A stretch of DNA of 64,000 nt from Sphaerodactylus townsendi. Taxonomy: Eukaryota. This document shows positions 38,521 to 51,000 of this stretch, one piece after another. Both the position numbers and the translations under genes were made by a program. A model generated the notes under the pieces. The model did no database searches. It saw only the letters and a list, made by a program, of their open reading frames with translations, and had not been told where the DNA came from. How positions within the stretch are numbered: position 1 is the first letter of the stretch; each line of letters begins with the position of its first letter. The stretch is taken from contig NC_059440.1 of the NCBI RefSeq assembly GCF_021028975.2, forward strand, positions 22,816,001 through 22,880,000. The letters are read 5' to 3'.

Positions 38521-41500
38521 TCAGTTGCGAATCTGTAAGTCTTGAAAGCAAAACAAACACACAAAAAATCAGTGCCTGTTCACAAGCCCCCCCCCCCCCC
38601 GCCCAAAGAGACAATTTTGCCCAATAAATTATTTATATCCCCCCTTCCCTCGAGTTATCAAAAGTGCAAAATGTTTTTCGTCTTCTCAAACCAATCCTGC
38701 CTGGGCGGATTCGGACGAGTTCCCAGCAATGTTTGACAGAAGACAAAATGGACGCTGTAAGGCAGCTACAGGGATTATCACATCTATGTCAAATGAAACA
38801 GTAAACGGCACATATGGAATCAAGACGCTAAACCCAATTCCTCCCCTCTGCTTTTTGAAGGGGGTTCACTTCGGATTCTGGGGGGGTTATATGTTTGGGA
38901 TGCAGACACCGGAAGCACTTTGTTCTTTAGCTTGTGGGATGTGATTACCGAAGCGGTGAGATCGGTTAATTCTACGGATTTGCTATAAATTGGCAGAAGG
39001 TACAGCCCTTTTGGCAAAAAAGGAAAAGCGGGCTTGAGTTCCTGAATTCCTGGCAATGGTGCTTCGCTTTGTAAGGTGGGGGAGAAAGCCTCCATTTCCT
39101 CTCTTGCCAGGTGAGTTCAAATCAGGCACTCCAAACTGGGCCTGATTCCTCCCTAGCATCACCCCCACTTGTACCCAAAACAGAAAGAGCAATTTGTGCA
39201 CATGATGTGCAATTAATTGTCAAGGCGGGATGCCCGATTCCTTTGCAGAGTTCTTTGGGCCTCAGCACCCCATAAGGGTCTGCCACTGATTATTGTGATT
39301 CAGAACTGTAGCTCTGCTCAGGTAGGGAGTCAGTAACAAATGGTGGTAGCAGCTGCTGCTGCTGCTGGCAGGGTAGAGATATGCTGTAAATGGCAGGGGT
39401 GGGGAGGCAGAAGCCCACAGGAGGTGGTCCCCCTGAAGCAGGCTCTGGCAAATCCAGTGGAGAGAGGAGCCTGCTCCATTATGCGAAGAGAAACACCACC
39501 ATGAGAAATGTTTGCATTGGGGCTACAAGGACCTTCATCTCCCTACTCTGCATAAGCAAGAGCTTCTCCTCTTACTGAACTGCCACTGTGGCAGAAGGCA
39601 GGCAGGTAGTCAGTTCCCTTACCCACACTGGTTAGGTCACAAAGTCACATGCTAGCTCCATGCCAGACATCCCTGACAGAGATTGTCTTGATTTTCAGCA
39701 TTCGGGAGCTTTTACAATCCTTCGCTTGACTACTGTCCTTAGATTCTCCAGGTTCCTCTCCTGGGAAACCTAAAACTGTGAAAACCAAACACATCCGGAA
39801 GCTATTCCTGTTATTTGATCCTGGCAGATTATATTATTATTGCGGTATCATTTGCTAAAAGGCCTCTGCAGCTCCTTTGCTGGAAGAGGATCCTACAAAT
39901 GAGGCATACAAGTGTCCCCTCCTGACGACAAATGGCTCATAGTACCTGGTTCAATTACTTCTCACTGATGCCTATCTGGCTGTGTTTGTTTGGATCTTTA
40001 CAGAGCCTGAACAGCTGGGTATTGTTTGGGTACTGTTTCAGCTATCTCACAGACTGATGCTTCAAAGCATCTCTTTCTTTCCTGAACTGTATCTTCTTGC
40101 TCTCCAGTTTGGCTGTTGAACAGAACTGGCCTAACCTGTTTACAAGGGTATCGGCTGCTGCAGAGGCTGCTCCAGAGCAGTTTAATAAAAACCACCAGAA
40201 AGAACTTTACAGCTATATGTCCACACCAGGGGCATGTGTGCTGAGAAAACAGCCTGACCCTGCAATAAAAAGCAAGGTTTTTCTATCACCTTGATAACTG
40301 GGCAGCAGTTACATCCTTAACAAGGGACCCGGGGGGGAGGGGGGGTGGCGGCGGCAGATGTATAACCAACTTGACAGATGTGGCAGATACCGCCATGCCT
40401 CTTCAAGTATAACTGCATAATTGTTAAGAATTGCACATTACTATTTCACAAAATATAGGGAACTGGAAAGCCCCGCCCCAGTACCTGCCAAATCTGGTTT
40501 ACACCTGTGAGAAAATGAGGACATAGAATTCTGGTCTTCAGACAGAGAACTGGCTTTAAGTTAAAAAAAATACTCTGCTAGTTACAGTAAGAACTAGCAT
40601 TGCAGTGGGAATTATTTCACATGCAAACGACATTCAGAAATGCTATCCTACGCCCACATAGTCCACTTTCCCAAACTTATTCCCCCTCCCCACTGCACAG
40701 GTGGATTAGTCCAGGGCTGAAAGCCTATCTACTTGCAAAGAATGAAGGTGCAGAGTTCTAGGCTGAACCAATCCAAGCCACAGGAGGGGAGTGCTTCAGT
40801 GGCTCCTACATTAAAAACAAAACATCCTGTATTTGCTGATCTTACACAACAAGAACAGGGCCATATTTCATCTCTTATCTTATATGGGAGGGATTTCAGG
40901 GCAGTCCAGCAGCTGAGAAATAGACACGCTTGTTTCTCAATCCAAAATTGGCTGAGAGACTGGTTTTTGAAGTATACCGAATGGTGTGATTTCTTTTGGA
41001 AAGCGTACAGTAGAGATACCATCTTACCATTCAGTTCAAACAAATATCCGCATCTAGACCAAAGCAGCTGAAACTAAACAAGCTGAGGGCAGAAAAACTT
41101 CACAGAAAACTTTTGAAAGCTGGTTAAACCTTACTGGTCAAACTGTAGAGAGAGACGACAGGCTTTCTAAAGTCCCTTGAAATCAAGAGAAGGGGGGTTG
41201 AATTACTGCCCTAGAGATGAACCGTTGCTGTTCTGAAAATGGTGCCAGGAGAGCTAGTTGCATTAAGGGATTTTATGTTTTTCTTCCACCTGTTGGGCTC
41301 AAACCAGGCGATATCTTGCAATCTAAAGACCGGGTTTTAGGGTTATGGCTGTACATTCTTAAAAATAAAGTGAGACGCAGAGAGCACCCAGGAAGGCCTC
41401 AGAATGTACGCTTGAAATGGCTCATGGTCAAAAAGGGTATTCACACCTGGGGTGACCTTCCTGCATTTCCCTCCCTGCTGATGGCTTAGCTGGTGAATTC

Positions 41501-42212
41501 CATATGTGGGATTTATTGCACAGGGGGCCAGAAGGGCATGCATCAGCCAACCCCCCCCTTTCCCAATCTTGCTACCTTTTGGTACAAAAGGGAGATACCC
41601 CCAAACACATTCCAAATCACTTACCACCTAGGGGGGAAGGTGGGAAACCACAAGGTAAGAACTCTTGATACAAGATGCAGAGCGCTCTCTGCAGAACAGG
41701 CCCTGTAAGATGCATCGCAGCCTAAGCACGGGAAGAGCAGGACCCCGCAGCCCAACCTGCTTTTAAACAAGGCTCACTTAAGTAAAAACACAAAAACCAA
41801 ATGATTTTTTTAAAAAAATCAGTACACAGAAGGAGCTCCCATAGCAGCTAAGCCAGAAGTTTCCGCCAACAGTGGAGAAAACCCCAGAGGTGGAACCGAA
41901 GCAGGCTGGGAATGCGGGAAAGAGGGTCTGTCACTGGCTACTGTCTGTCTTCGGTTATGTAGCTCCCAAATGTTAGAACCATTTGGTACCAGCGTGGAAG
42001 TCAGTGCATTTTTTTTTAATTTCCATCGCTCCTAGGTCAAAAAGACATGGGGAAAGAGGCTTCTAATTCACTGGGCCTAGGAGAGTCTTCTCTAAAAAGC
42101 TACCGTCTAGTCGACACAATGCAAATTCCCAGAAAACAAGATGGTTACGGTTGTCCTCTGTCAGAGTCTGCAAGCAGTGATAAGATCCTTTTCTCCAACC
42201 CCCTTTTTATTT

Positions 42213-42606
42213 TCAGTCTAGCGCAGGCCACGATGGGATATAAAACCGCTGTAAGGAACCTTCTAGGAGTCTCTCCATCCATAAGGATAGCCTGTCAAGT
42301 TTGCTTTTGACCGAGCCAGGCCGGCTACTGTAAGAGGAGGATTTTCCCCGGCCTTCTGCCAGGTCAGAATCATCACAGTGCCCGTGGGCGTTTGCGTCCT
42401 CTTCCGAGGTTTTGCGAGGCTTGAAGAGGCAGAAGTACTTTTTGTGGCCGTTCAGGGCCAGGACGTAGCCCGTGTAGTCACGTTCTAGAAAATGTTTATC
42501 GTACTGATTGGGGATTGGTGCAGCATCTTGCGCAAACTCCAGCACGTACTCCAGCCATTCCCGGTGCTTGTCCAGGCTGAGAAAAGAAAAGTGGATGCAG
42601 CTGCTC
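42213..42606 (-). CDS. DNAJC16: DNAJC16 coding exon 14 (last)
   Basis: SSCIHFSFLSLDKHREWLEY...KLDRLSLWMERLLEGSLQRFYIPSWPALD*. Confidence 0.96.
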
Positions 42607-45600
42607 CTGGAGAGTGGGGAGGAGAGGAGAATAAGATGTTGACTGACTGGTCCTCATGAAGAAAGGCAAGAGAGAAGAAACACAAGTCTTAAAAACAAAC
42701 ACACAACATGCAGAAAAGACTCAGGCTGGTCATTATGGGCTTTCCGGGTTGTGTGGCCATGGTCTGGCAAATCTTGTTCCTAACATTTCGCCTGCATCTG
42801 TGGCAGTGATGTCACAGTGAGTGGACACACTATGTCCAATGAGAACTAAACATTCCCTTCTCACTAGTCACAATGTGTAACACACTTCTCTCTGTGATAC
42901 ACCTTTGAAGATGCCAGCCACAGATGCAGGTGAAACGTTACAAACAAGATCCTGCAAGGAAACTCAAAGGGGCTTTCAAACTCCTTTCCCTTTCCCCCTC
43001 ACAACAAACACCCTGTGAGGTAGGTGGGGCTGAGAGAGCTCCGAAGAACTGCGACTAGCCCAAGGTCACCCAGCTGGCGTGTGTTGCAGTGCACAGGCTA
43101 ATCTGAATTCCCCAGATAAGCCTCCACAGCTCAAGCGGCAGAGCAGGGAATCAAACCTGGTTCCTTCAGGTTAGAGTATACCTGCTCTTAACCACTATGC
43201 CACGGCTGCTCCTCTGTGATACACCTCTGAAGAGTGCAAGGAACAGAAAGGAATTCTGCCACATGACTGAAACAGAAGGAAATCTTGGGAGAATCATGTT
43301 TTTAATGGGGCTGGGTGTGGATGACTCTCCCCAAGTTCAAATACATAACAATGTGAGAGGGATGTTGCAAATTTGTTCTCAAGCCAGTCAATCTTTCCTC
43401 CCATGGCTGGAAAAGAAAATGACTGTGCCTTCTCCATGCTGTGCAATTAACTCATGGGGAGAAACCATCCTGTACCCACCCGGTGAAGGTGTAGACCTCC
43501 AGGGCAAACTTCTGAAGCAAAGACGTCTTTGTGGCGTTCGAAAGGATCAGCACCACGTTCATGTGCCCCGGCCTCAGGCGCACCAAGTTGCTCATGTAGG
43601 TGATATCTGTTAGTTCCGTCACCTCCACAAACCCCTTCTTGGGAATCCTGAAAGAACAGGAGACATTTTATGGGGTTACTGAAGAACTGCACTTCAGAAG
43701 TACAATGAATGTCGTGTATGAGTCGTAGGGAGCCGGAAGCAAGCGAAAAATCAGTCGCCCGACGAGTTGTGGAATTTAAGGATAATGAAGATATGCTCTT
43801 TGGAATGCTTAATAGAAGGCGGAGGGGTACAGCTGGCAGGCTGGGAAACTCCTGAGTTTTGGGGGTGGAGCCTAGAGAGGACATGGACTTCAGTGGGGTA
43901 CAACGGCATAGAGACCACCCTCCAAAGTATTCACTTTCTCCAGTGGAATTGATCTCCGTACTCTGTAACTCTGGGGGATCCCAAGGCCCTTCCTGGAGGC
44001 TGGCATTCCAACCCGTGGACTGGCCAAGGCTGGGCAGAGCCACCAAGGGCTGTATCTTCTTGTCCATTTCTTGCCTAGTGCCATTGAAACCTTCCCTGTC
44101 TTTGCCCTGGAGAAATCGGAAGAAGTATTCAGAGGGACCTGTTGTCTTTGGTGAAGCCTGTGTCGTTCCTCTCGCTCTTTGAAGGGGGTTCGTCTTTCTT
44201 GGGAGGGGGCGAATCTCTCTCATCGCCCGTGTCACTGAAGAACAAAACAAAAAGCAAAAAATTAACATCGATTTGGGATTGGAGATCAAAACGAAAAGAG
44301 CCAGAATAGGGGAAGAAGAGTTTGGATTTATATCCCACCTTTCTGTCCTGTAAGGAGACTCAAAGAAGCTTGCAAATTCCTTCCCTTCCTCCTCCCACAA
44401 CAGACATCTTGTGAGGTGGCAGGGGGAGAGTTCTGAGAGAACTGTGACTGGCCCAAGGTCACTCAGCAGGCTTCATGTGGAGGAGTGGGGAAACAAACCC
44501 AGTACTCCAGATAAGAGTCCACCGCTCAGGTGGAGGAGCATGGAATCAAACCCAGTTGTCCCGATTAGAGTCCACTTGCTCTGAATTCCTACACCACACT
44601 GGAAGGGGAAGAAGGGGCTGCTTACCTGAAAGCTTGAATAATAACCGTCCCAAAAAGAATGAAGAGCGCTGAGAAGATCAGAGATAAGAGGGGCATCATT
44701 TCCCGCCTGCAAGAGATGCCACAAGTGAAGGTCAGCCCACTGGCGTAATGCCCATTGGGCAAGGTGGGCAGCTGCCCAGGGCATCACCTTGTGAGGGGGC
44801 ATCAAAATGCTGGGTTCGTTTTTGGGTATTTTAGTGGTTTTCCATTTTTGGCCTGCAGGGGGCGCAGTTTTTAGGCTAGCGGCACCAAAATTTCAGCGTA
44901 TCATCAGGAGTCTGTCCTTATGCTACCCCCCAAGTTTGGTGAAGTTTGGTTCAGGGAGTCCAAAGTTATGGACTCCCAAAGGGGGTGCCCCATCCCCCAT
45001 TGTTTCCAATGGGAGCTAATAGGAGATGGGGGGGGCTACAGTTTTGAGGGTCCATAACTTTGGCCCCCCTGAACCAAACTGCACCAAACTTGGGGGGTAT
45101 CATTAGGGCAGTCTTCTGATGAGACCCTGAAAGTTTTGAGACTGTGCCTTCAGAAATGTGCCCCCCACAGCCTGCAACCCCTGTTGACAGCAATGCAGAA
45201 AACTCAATGCAGAACAAAGATTCTTGGGCAAATTTCTAGGATGTTCCTGCAGGGGGTGCATTTTTGGATGTATTGGCACCAAAATTTCAGAGTATCATCT
45301 GGAGATGATGGCACCCCCCAAGCTTGGTGCAGGTTGGTTCAGGGGGGCCAAAGCTATGGACCCTCAAAACTGTAGCCCCCATCTTCTATTAGCTCCCATT
45401 GGAAACAATGGGGGATGGGGCACCCCCTTTGGGAGTCCATAACTTTGGACTCCTTGAACCAAACCTCGCCAAACCTGGGGAGCAGCATAAGGACAGTCTC
45501 CTGATGCTATGCTGAAATTTTGGTGCTGATATGTCTCCAAATGCACCCCCTGCAGGCACCAATGTCCTGGTGCAAAAAGAAATTTGGTCGTGGTGGAGTG

Positions 45601-48001
45601 GCCGCCCGGGGGGGGGGGGGGGCATCCAACTCAGGTTTTGCCCAGGGCTACAGTTTGCCCAGGGCTGCCTCGTTACGCCCCTGGGTCAGCCCAAGATGGG
45701 CACCCACAGCTTGCCCCGGCTTGGTCCAGGAACACCCTTTCGCCCGCTACCTGCAGGATAACCATCAAGCTTCCAAAGGAGGGTGAAATGGCGCCAGCTC
45801 AGGGATTAGTCCCCTTTTGCGCCTCTGTAGGCACTCGCCTCATAACAACTCCGCTTCCTTCTCTTAATCTCCCAAAAGCTTTGCACCTCTACCTTGACAA
45901 CTCATCTCGGTTGCTTTCTTGGGCAAAGGCTCTCAACTTCTCCACTCCTTTCCTATCCAGCCTGATTTTTGCAAATGAGGCCAGAGGTGCAAGAAGATGC
46001 CTGCTCAGTGGGGACTTCTACTAAGCTCTCCCCCATCCAAGCCAAACAGGAAAGCAGGCCGGAGGTTTGGCAGGGACGAGGCGAGAGATGCTCTCCTAGT
46101 GACAACTTGGAGCAAGTGTTGTAGAAATAGCTATTGCTGATTAATGGCTCCCCCGAACCTCCCCACCTCAAACACTTCTAATTCTAACATAGCTTTGCGA
46201 TCCACAAAGCTGAGACCCTTTGGTCTTTAATTTAGGTACTTCTCAAGGCAACGGAGCTCCAATTTTTCCTTCCAGCCCCTCCCATGCTGCTTAAATATCT
46301 TGGGCCATTTTCTGGATTGTGCAGCAAAGATGAAATTCGAAAGCAGCATTGGAATTTGAACACAGAACCCATACCAGTTGCTATGGAAGAAGCCGTCCCA
46401 GCTTTCCGAGAGATAGTCAAAGGCAGAATAGATCCAGCGGAGAAAGAAAACCTGAGCCGGAAGAGGAAAAACATTATTAGCGCCCCAAAGTGCACTCTCC
46501 TCTCTGGATACACAACTACAGAGAAAACTTTTGGTTATAAAAAGAGTTTGGAAGAGTTTGGATTTATATCCCCCCTTTCTCTCCTGTAAGGAGACTCAAA
46601 GGGGCTTACAATCTCCTGTGAGGTGAGTGGGGCTGAGAGAGCTCCAAAGAACTGTGACTAACCCAAGATCACCCAGCTGGCATGCGTTGGAGTGCACAAG
46701 CTAATCTGGTTCCGCAGATAAGCCTCTGCACCTCAAGTGGCAGAGCGGGGAATCAAACCTGGTTCTTCAGATTAGAGTGCACCTGCTCTTAACCTCTATA
46801 CCACACTGGCTCTCAATACCATCTCAATGATGAGGACTTAGCAGTGGCTACTATTGCACTTGTTGGGCAGCACAGCAAATATGCCACATACGGAGTTGTG
46901 AACCCATTAACTCATCCTTGGCTGCAGAATCTAGAGCTTTTGGGAGGGGAATTCATAGGGCCACCATCCCTGCCCCGAGGGCCCTCTCCCAATTACATTC
47001 ACCGATGTTGGAACTGTCAGTGTGACTCACAGGAGCAAGCTCGTCATTCAAGTCTGCCAGGACGGTATCGGAAGAGAGAAATCCAGGGTTTGTCCTTAAC
47101 TGGTCCAACATATCCAGAAGGATGAAGTTGTCTTCTTTGCTGCCACTCCAGGAATTGTCCAGAGCTTTATAGACCACCCGGCCAGCGTTGTTGCGCCTCT
47201 CCAAGATGACCACCTGGACCAGAGACAAAAGAGCAGACATGGGGAAGGCTACATGCACTGAAAAACCACTAAAGGAAACAGCCAGGGGCAAAGGAGAAAA
47301 TCATTATCAGTCCCCCATCAAAACCCAGCAACACAGGGTAAGTTCTTTAATGGGGTGGGGGAGCCTCAAGTTTTGGAGTGTTCATGGATCGCACTGCCTG
47401 GAACAGGAGCTTGCAGGAATCCTTAGTCCAAGACAGAAGAGGAAGAAATGATACATTGGGTTTGCTGTGGCCTCTCGGATAATTAAAGACTCGCTCCTAG
47501 AATCCCTAGAATGCTTTGATTATGTGTTCCTGCATTGCAGGGGGTTGGACTTGATGGTCCTTGTGGTCTCTTCCAACCCTATGACTCTATGATTCTATTC
47601 CATCCTAGTGGCAATGATAGCCTGGCCAACCTTACAAGAGTGACTATAATAATCTATGTGAAGCATTCTGAAGACTGGAAATACAGTATTAATACTTAGT
47701 ACAATAAATAATAACAATAATAGCTGGCGTTGGAAAGCGCTGTCAAGTCACAGTTGACTTACGGCAAGCCAGTAGGGTTTTCAAGGCAAGAGACTTCAGA
47801 GGTGGTTTGCCATTGCCTGCCTCTGCATAGCAACCCCAGACTTCCTCACTGGTTTCCCATCCAAATGCTAGTCACAGGCCACCTGCCTTAGCTTCCTAGA
47901 TCTGACCAGATCAGCCCAGCCTGGACCAGATGAGTTCGTTACTGAAGCATTAGTCTCATGGCACAGTGTGTGGTTCCCTTTCTATTTGATGTTATTTATA
48001 A

Positions 48002-48042
<41 letters not shown>

Positions 48043-51000
48043 TTTATTTATTTATTTATTTTATTTTATTTTTCAATTTCTATACCGCCCGATCCCCGAA
48101 GGGCTCCGGCCAGTGAACAACACAATTCAAAGAACATTAAGCAGGAGCAAATCATACACAATACACTAATACATAAGCTCCATCCTATTAATCATCAAAA
48201 CATCCTATAAACTCATATGAAACAGCGGATAACAATTAATAAATAAATAAACAAGAAACGTCCAGAAAACCCCAATTAAAACCTACCCCAAGAAGGGGGA
48301 CGGCAGGCCCCTCAATATGAGGGGACCCTGATGTAACAGTGCCAGGGCAAAGAGCAGTGAGGGGGCACCATATCAGCGGCTGGACACTCCGAAGGCCTGG
48401 TGGAACAACACGGTCTTACAAGCCCTGTGGAATTCACTGAGGTCCCGCAGGGCCCGGACAGTTGGAGGAAGGGTGTTCCACCAGGCCGGGGCCAGTGCTG
48501 TAAAAGTCCTGGCCCGTGTGGAGGCCAGCCGCATCATTGAGGGGCCGGGGACCATCAGTAGATTGGCCTCTGCTGCGCGCAGAGGCTGAGTAGGGACATA
48601 TGGGGTAATGCGGTCCCGAAGGTACGAGGGTCCCAGGCCGCGTAATGCCTTGAAGGTCAAAACCCACACCTTGAAGATGATTCGGAAGTCAACCGGGAGC
48701 CAAAAGACACAGGGCAAGTTGAGCTAAACGTTTAAAAACAAAACTGAAGAGTGAGTGTGAGTCAGCTGGGCTGGGCAGACAAGCAGAATACTCACAGCAG
48801 ACTTCCCCCAGGACCTGTCGTCATCTGGTAGTAAGCTCTGGACAAACTCCTGCTGGCTGTTCCAATAGATATGGACGAACCTCAGGGTGTCTTTGGTGTT
48901 CGCCGTGGCAAAGGCCAGAAATGCTTCGTAGCTCGCCGCAAACTTGTCAACCTCGCCAGTAATCAGGACCACACAGTACCTGTAATCCCCATCGAGAAGA
49001 GATTCAAGATCTCCCAAGAGAAATGAAAGACTGGTATCCTTGAAAGAGCTGAGTCGGAGGCAGTTGGATATCAAGGGAAGTTCGATCCCTTCCATGAGCA
49101 ACCAAACTGGGCTTGGAAGCAGAACTACTTGTGAAGCTGCCTGACGGACTGAGGCCCCTTCCACACATGCACAATAATGCACTTTCAGTTTACTTTCACA
49201 ATTGTTTGCAAATGGATTTTGCTATTCCGCACACTAAAATCTAGCTGCAAAGTGGATTGAAAGTGGATTATTCTACATGTGTGGAAGGGGCCAGAGTCAG
49301 ATCACTGCTCTGTCAAGGTCAGTATTGTCTGCTCTGGCAGGCAGCAGCACTCTGGGGTCTAAGAGGATTTTCACGTCACTTACAGCCTGATCTTTTTATT
49401 GAACTTGCGATGCCAGGAACTGAACTGGAAATCTCTACCATTGAACCACCGCACCTCCCAACTACCAAGTCCCCATTTAGGTCAAGAAATGGTTTAAGGA
49501 GCCACTAAATATAAAGCTAAATAAAAGGGCCTTATGGGTCAAAAAAAAATGTCCCGTAGGACTGCTCTGTGTATTGTAATTGTGATATTGTGTGCTTAAG
49601 GTAGGCTATTATGACCATTTACAAGTACAGTTGATTTTGACTTGTAATAAATACATATGTGTTTTTGATATTTAGCAGTTTTATATTTACTGCTCCCTTA
49701 AACAATTCCTTGACTTTTTTAGGTACTTAATTTCTAGTTTTGTAGGGTTTCATTTGTTACTCTTTTTTGTTTGTGCGTATCAAGTTACCATTCAAGCAAC
49801 CCAGGATGGTCCTTTGGTTAGCCCTGCAGGGAGGGGACAAAGCTCTTTTTAGCAGCAAAGTTCTGAGAAAGCCTGGAGGCCATTTTTCTCAGCATTTCTG
49901 TCCAATTGCCCCGGGTGTAGAATGGCATCAGCAGAGACCTACACTCTTGAAAGCCAGACAGTTCCCATTCTCAGTGCTGAACGACTCTTGACACATATCC
50001 ACTGAATTCTGGGAAGCCTAGAGGACAGTACAACACGAGCTTGGAAAACCAGTCCTGAGCGGTGAAGTTCTTGAGAACAGCCCTCTCCTTTGATGAAAAC
50101 ACACACTTAAGATGAAAACACACACACACACACACACACTCAAATGCAGACGCTTCATAAACTTGCTACGCGGAGCTGTCCCTGCCAGGTGTCTTACTTG
50201 CGCTGCCGGTGTGATTTTTTCACCGGACACAGCTCTTCGAACAGCTTCTGGCTGGTGAGCCGAGACGCCATCAGGAACTTGTTCTGGGAAAGGAAATCAT
50301 CAATCAGCTGCTTCTTCATACTCCGGGCCTGGAAGAAAGGAAAATTGGTAAAGACCGGTCGAGACTGGAAGAGGGGGACAGTGACCAATTAAGAAACTTT
50401 GGTTGTGCCTTTTAACAGATTTAAATACTCCTTTTTTTATTGCTGACAGGTCACTGCAGTCTTTATCGTAACCTCATAAGGTTTGGAAGGCAAGAGAGGC
50501 TGAGAGGTGGCTTGACATGGCCTGCCCCAGCTTAGTGACTCTGGTATTCCTTGGCAGTCTCCAATCCAAGCACAAATCACAGCCAACCTTGCTTGGTCTC
50601 TGAGATCTACATTGCTACAGTCAAAGCTCTGTTTACAACCCAGTTTCGATCCTGATGGAAGCTGGGTTCAGGAAGCTGGCTCAAGGTTGACTCAGCCTTC
50701 CATCCTTCCGAGATAATAATAACAATGACGACCTATTGATGGTCAGAACTGATTGATGTTCAAAAGTTATACACAGTCATGCTTTAACATCACAACCTGC
50801 ACAGCTTGCCGTTCATTACTTTGCAACCCCCACTTCTTAGGGAGGGGCGAGGCCTTCTACATATCTGCCAGTTCAACATATATCATCACACATTTGGCTC
50901 GTGAAAGCGTCCACTACGATAAAGGCAGATCTTTCAGGAGCCACGAGACTCTTGGATTTCGACTCCAATGTGGAGCAATACCTGGACGACATCGGCAGGT

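Noticed and set aside
43447-44400. 317-aa minus-strand ORF, the longest in the track
   Set aside because: Chance read-through of a SINE, a MITE and DNAJC16 exons in the wrong frame.
47850-47930. 5S rRNA-like sequence
   Set aside because: Diverged, partial and joined to a SINE tail; not a functional rRNA gene.
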